A stretch of DNA of 64,000 bases. Source: Salpingoeca rosetta (lineage: Eukaryota > Protista > Choanoflagellata). Shown piece by piece: positions 55,721-64,000 of the stretch. The translations under genes were made by a program, and so were the position numbers. The notes under the pieces were generated by a model. The model searched no databases. It was not told the DNA's origin and saw only the letters and a list, made by a program, of their open reading frames with translations. The stretch lies in NCBI GenBank assembly GCA_033442325.1, contig JAWQFM010000022.1, positions 186,001 to 250,000 of the forward strand, given 5' to 3'. Position 1 is the stretch's first letter. Each line of letters starts with the position of its first letter.

Positions 55721-58700
55721 ACGGACGTTTGTCATGTTGATGTAGGTGTTTGCCTCCTCCAGTGGGGTATCCACGTGCAAATAGGTGTGACATTGGGCTG
55801 GCCACCACTCCTTGCCAGGGATGAACGCGCCAATACCCCCAAACTCGCCAATCATGGCTGCAAAAACAACAGGCGCGTCATGGTGTGGCGTGAGTGGCCC
55901 ATGGCACTGTCACCCAAGGCGACAGCATACAAAGACACCCACATCGACACACAGACAGAAAGCAATGTCACGCTTACCGTACTGTGTATCACTCGGCTTG
56001 GGATCTTGTGGGTTGGGATCTGAAGTCATGCGAGAAAGGGTGAGGCGCAGTGTGTGAAATGGAAAGCACACGCAGAAGTACAAGCACACACATACACAAA
56101 CACACCCACAAACACACACAAGCACAAACATGCTCACAGTCGTGGATGTCGTTGACGTCGCCAATGTGGAGGTTGTTGGCGGGGCCACCGGAGTCCGTGT
56201 CCACCAGGCGAGACGGGTCGAGCGCACGAATGAAGTCAACAGCCTTTATCGACAAGAGAAGCGATGCAGTGAGGTCAGGGAGGTGAAGGCAACAGAAGAG
56301 ACAGAAACTCAGTGGTGGTGGTGGTGGTGGTGGTGGTGGCGGTGGTGGCGGTGTCGGTGGCGCTTCGGGCGGTCACCAGCAACAAACAACAAGCAACAAG
56401 CAACAGCCGCCCTCGCCTCGCGTCTGCGCAACCGACCTGCTGTGGGTTGAAGTGGGCAACCATGTCTCCTTCGTTGAAGGCCTCCCACTGCACGATGCAC
56501 GGGTGGTTGAACCTGGACGGAACGCATGCCAAGCCGGGTGAAAAGGAGCAAGTGAGTGAAACACCCGTGTTCTCAATGAACGTATTCATTCGCACATAAA
56601 GCTCACACGTGTCAACCAATACGAAAGATCGTACACGAGCCCGCACGAGCCCACACAAAGCCCACAAACACACACTAGAGCATACATGCACAGCTGCACA
56701 AGTGCACAACTCAAATTCAAAGCCAGTACCTGCCGACGATCATGGCGCGCAAGTCCTGGAAGTAGAGATCGGGGTCAGGCTTGATGCCGTGCGCGTCACC
56801 ATAGTGCTGCACCATATCCTATCACAAGAGGAAGGAAACGGTGTGTGTTGGTTTGGAGAAGAACTATCACACGAGGGCTATACACTTGCAAACAAACAAA
56901 CAAACAAACAAACAAACAAACAAACAAACAAACAAACAAACAAACAAACAAACAAACAAACAAACAAACAAACAAACAACAAACACACACACACACACAA
57001 AACAAACACACACACACACACACACACAAAACAAACAAACAAACAACAAACACACACACACACAGCACCTGGAAGACGACGATGCCGAGCAGATCGGCGT
57101 AGTAGTACCAGCGCTCCGAGTTGACCTTCTGGTGCAGGCGCACCATATTCAGGCCATACCGCTTCACAGCGTACAGGTCCGACGCCAGTGCCTCGTCCGT
57201 GGGCGCTGAGGGAGAGGGGGGGGGGGATGGACGTATGCAGCAGAAATACACGAGGGCAAGTGGTGATGGCAATGAGAAGTGCACAGGGCGTCAAAACAGG
57301 TTCCATTTGCTGCAACATACACTCCCACGCACGCTTCTTCCCAGCCACCACGATGCACCATCGTAAATCACCCCACACTTCATGTACATCCCCTCCCCCT
57401 CCACACACTACCACCATCACCACTGTCACGACTCGCACCACCACTAGCACCACTGGCTGAGGCGCACCTGTGTATTGGCCGTCGGGCCAGTAGCTCTGGT
57501 CGAGCCAGCCCGCGAGGAAGGTGTAGTTGCCGTTGAGCAGCGGCCGCGTCACGCCGTGCTCGTCCTTGCCCAGGCTGTGCACACAGTGATGTGGGATACG
57601 GGTCGAGAGGGGGTAAGGAGGGCGTAAGGTGAGGGTGAGGAGTGTCAAGTGAGAGGAAAACAGCAAGGGTGAGGGGGCGACAGTGTGAGGGACGAGGGGC
57701 GAGGGAGCGAGACAGGAAGGTTACCAGCGTGTAAGGTACAAGGTCGCAAGCGTGAAACGTACAAGGTCGCAAGCGTGAAGGGCGCAAGGCCACAGCTCAC
57801 CATCCAAAGCAAAGTGACAGACACATATATACCAGCGCACGCGATTGACAACCGAAACCGTGAAGCAAACTGACGTGAATGTGCGCATTCCAAAGTACGA
57901 GGTGACAGTGTCTGCGCCCATGGTGATGGTGATGTTGTACAGGAAAGGGGAGGCGGGGCTCCACAGCTTTGGGTTTGGAATTGTCACCCTGTGTGGTGCG
58001 CCCGATGTGCCATTGCCAGAGACGACCTGGGCGTGTGGGCGTGGGTGCGTGTGTGGGCGTGGGTGCGTGTGTGGTGGGTGCGTGGGCGTGGGTGCGTGTG
58101 CTCTCCACGTTGGTCACGAACACTGGAACACACACACATACACACACATACACACACATACACACACTAAATCACACTAAAACACACATAAACACACACA
58201 CACACACACACATACACATGCTGGCCACCTTGGAAGAGCCGTCGTGGACGGTGTAGGAGAAGGGGCGGGAAGAACCGTCCGATGCGTTCACCGTCATGGT
58301 GAGGGTGGTGAGGTCTGCAAGCAGCGTGACATTGGCAATGTGCACCTGTGGCACAACCTCCAGCCACACCGTTTGCCAGATGCCTGACGATGGCGTGTAT
58401 GTGTCGCCACCAGCAGCGGTGATGGCTGAGATGCGCTGCTTGCCAAACACCTGCTGCCCGTAATCCGACGGATCGTACACAGACACAAACAGCTCATTCT
58501 CAGCACTTGTCCGCAGGTACGAGGTGATGTCAAACGTGAACCCATCATATCCGCCCGTGTGCGTGCCGACTAGCTGTTTGTTCACAAACACTTGCGTCTG
58601 CCAGTCCACGGCACCAAAGTGCAGCAGCACGCGGTCGCTGGATGATGCCGGTGAAGGTCGAGCAAACACGCGGCGGTACCACAGGTGCATGTGTGTTTGC

Positions 58701-58978
58701 CACACGCCAGAGAGGCACGCCTCCACGGGGAACGGGACATTGACTGTGCTGTTCAGCTTCTTGCCAAAGGGCGGCTGTTGTTTCTGCAGACGCAAATGGA
58801 GGTGAATTGCAGTGGTTGCGGCAGTGGGCGTGCTGTTGGTGAGCGATTGTGTGTCCTGCTTGTCGTTGTTGCTGAGGCTTCAAGGTATCATACACAAACC
58901 ACAAACGCTGCATGCACAACACGATCGTATGTACACACACACGCACACACGCACACATACACGCACACACGCACACAT

Positions 58979-59020
<42 letters not shown>

Positions 59021-59865
59021 GCACACACGCACACATACACATACACACACAGAGTGGCGTACCGGGTCTGCGGGCTGGAACTCCCACCAGCCGTTGAGGT
59101 TGGTCCAATTGGTGTCACGCACCTGTAATATGCATAGTACCACATGTGATAGTTCTTGGGTGAGTGGCGAGTCAATGCGATGATGGGTTGTTTGCTACGT
59201 TGCGAAGAGTATACAATGTACACACGTGTGTCACGTGAGCGCTTTGGTGCGGACACACCAAACCATGCTGTGGGGTCATACCATTTGCGGGCGAGGGTAC
59301 TCTGGCAATGGGACGCTCGTGCTTGGGTTCACTGCGCAGGCGCGCGCGCGCACACACACACACACACACATCAATGTGAGCTGAGAAGGGGTGGAAATGG
59401 CCCACCTGCGCTCCTTTGAAGCGAGGCAGCCCAACACGCGCGTTGAAGGCCAGGGACAGAAAGCCAGAATACCAACGCCAGCACAAAGGATGGGCACGAG
59501 CAAACCATCAAGAGCACATGTTTATGGGCAACAGGGGGGGTGTTGCGCACAGATACGATCGACACCGCACCTTCTTTGGCCCACTTTGTGGTGAGTGGGC
59601 AATACGGGGGTTCGCCAGGCGCTTGCTTGACGATGCGCGAGTTCCTACAGGTGTTGGGCACCTTCACGCCGACCCGGTTCTTGAGCCAGCACGTGTTGGA
59701 TCCCTTTGGCACGTCACAGCCGGATGTGCTGAACACATACGCGACACAGCCAGCTGTTGTGTTGCACTTTGTTTCACAGTCTAAGTGCGTGGTGCTGGTG
59801 GGCATGGTGCAACCATTTGACCCGCATGGCGCCATGTCGTTTCCAGGATAGTCCACACCTGTGTA

Positions 59866-59928
<63 letters not shown>

Positions 59929-60259
59929 GTCATGTGCGTGCGTGCGTGCGTGTGTGTGTGTGTGTGTATGTGTGCGGTGGCGATCAGCAAGAACAAAACT
60001 GATCAAGTGTGACTTCATGTTGTTGTTGTTGTTGCACTTTCATCAAACACACACACACACACCACATCACGCAGACACGAAACCAACCTGTCTCGTATGT
60101 GGTGGGGCCTGGGCCCGGTTTGCTTGGATTTGCGTATGAGAAAGGTCCACACGTGCATGGGTCTTGATCGCCACCCGTTTGCACGGCGTCAGCCGTCCCT
60201 GCTGCTGCCACTGTCAACAACAACAGTGCGACCAGCAGCAGCACCACGCCCTCAGCCAT
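55066..60259 (-). CDS. Secreted glycoside hydrolase family 2 with an N-terminal PAN/Apple-like module, multi-exon
   Basis: Signal peptide [23 protein letters not shown]-like GVDYPGND...[16 protein letters not shown]...CWLK. GH2 motifs [73 protein letters not shown], catalytic FNEG and [13 protein letters not shown]. Confidence 0.92.
56890..56985. repeat. (AAAC)n tetranucleotide microsatellite
   Basis: Directly visible in a GH2 intron. Confidence 0.95.
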
Positions 60260-60386
60260 GTTCGTTTGTTGTTTGGATTGCAAGTGCGGACCGTTTATGG
60301 AAAACATACATAAAATTCAGCAAAGAAGAAGGACAAGAGTGAGCGAAGCAGAAGACCACGATCTCGAACACGAACGCAGCATTGAG

Positions 60387-63900
<3,514 letters not shown>

Positions 63901-64000
63901 ATATGCAATCGCGACACCAACAATGAATCACGCACATGGATGAGTCACACATACACATGTTCTGAGCAAGCATGGAGCGTAGCACGGTATAGCATGGCAA

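Overview
Eukaryotic, GC-rich, intron-dense genomic DNA whose introns are packed with (GT)n/(CA)n microsatellites. It has three N gaps and no prokaryotic features, CRISPR arrays, RNA genes or transposons that I can support. Gene content and intron style suggest a choanoflagellate, probably Salpingoeca rosetta (inference). I reconstructed 15 spliced protein-coding genes by hand, in order: WDR37(-, partial), DDX23/PRP28(+, 3' end in gap), TMEM50(-), BIG1/2 Sec7 ARF-GEF(+), a bacterial-type SAM methyltransferase(-), TMEM14(+), a plant-cytosolic-type glycerol-3-phosphate dehydrogenase(-), an FN3-FN3-GRXCR glutaredoxin/Cys-rich protein(+), a VWA + P-loop GTPase membrane protein(-), an unknown single-pass membrane protein(+), TTC27(-), a secreted pectinacetylesterase/Notum-family esterase(+), ARP2(-), a secreted PAN-GH2 glycosidase(-), and a coiled-coil/proline-rich/WCA Arp2/3 activator resembling WHAMM/JMY (-, partial). 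The most interesting signals are: (1) a consistent polarity of intronic repeats (GT-rich after exons, complementary CA-rich before exons) that could act as an RNA-structure splicing code; (2) the WHAMM/JMY-like activator about 6 kb from ARP2; (3) the VWA-GTPase-TM protein, whose P-loop is split by an exon missing from the ORF track; (4) six consecutive head-to-head gene pairs; (5) several probable horizontally acquired enzymes. All homology calls come from motif recognition, not database searches.
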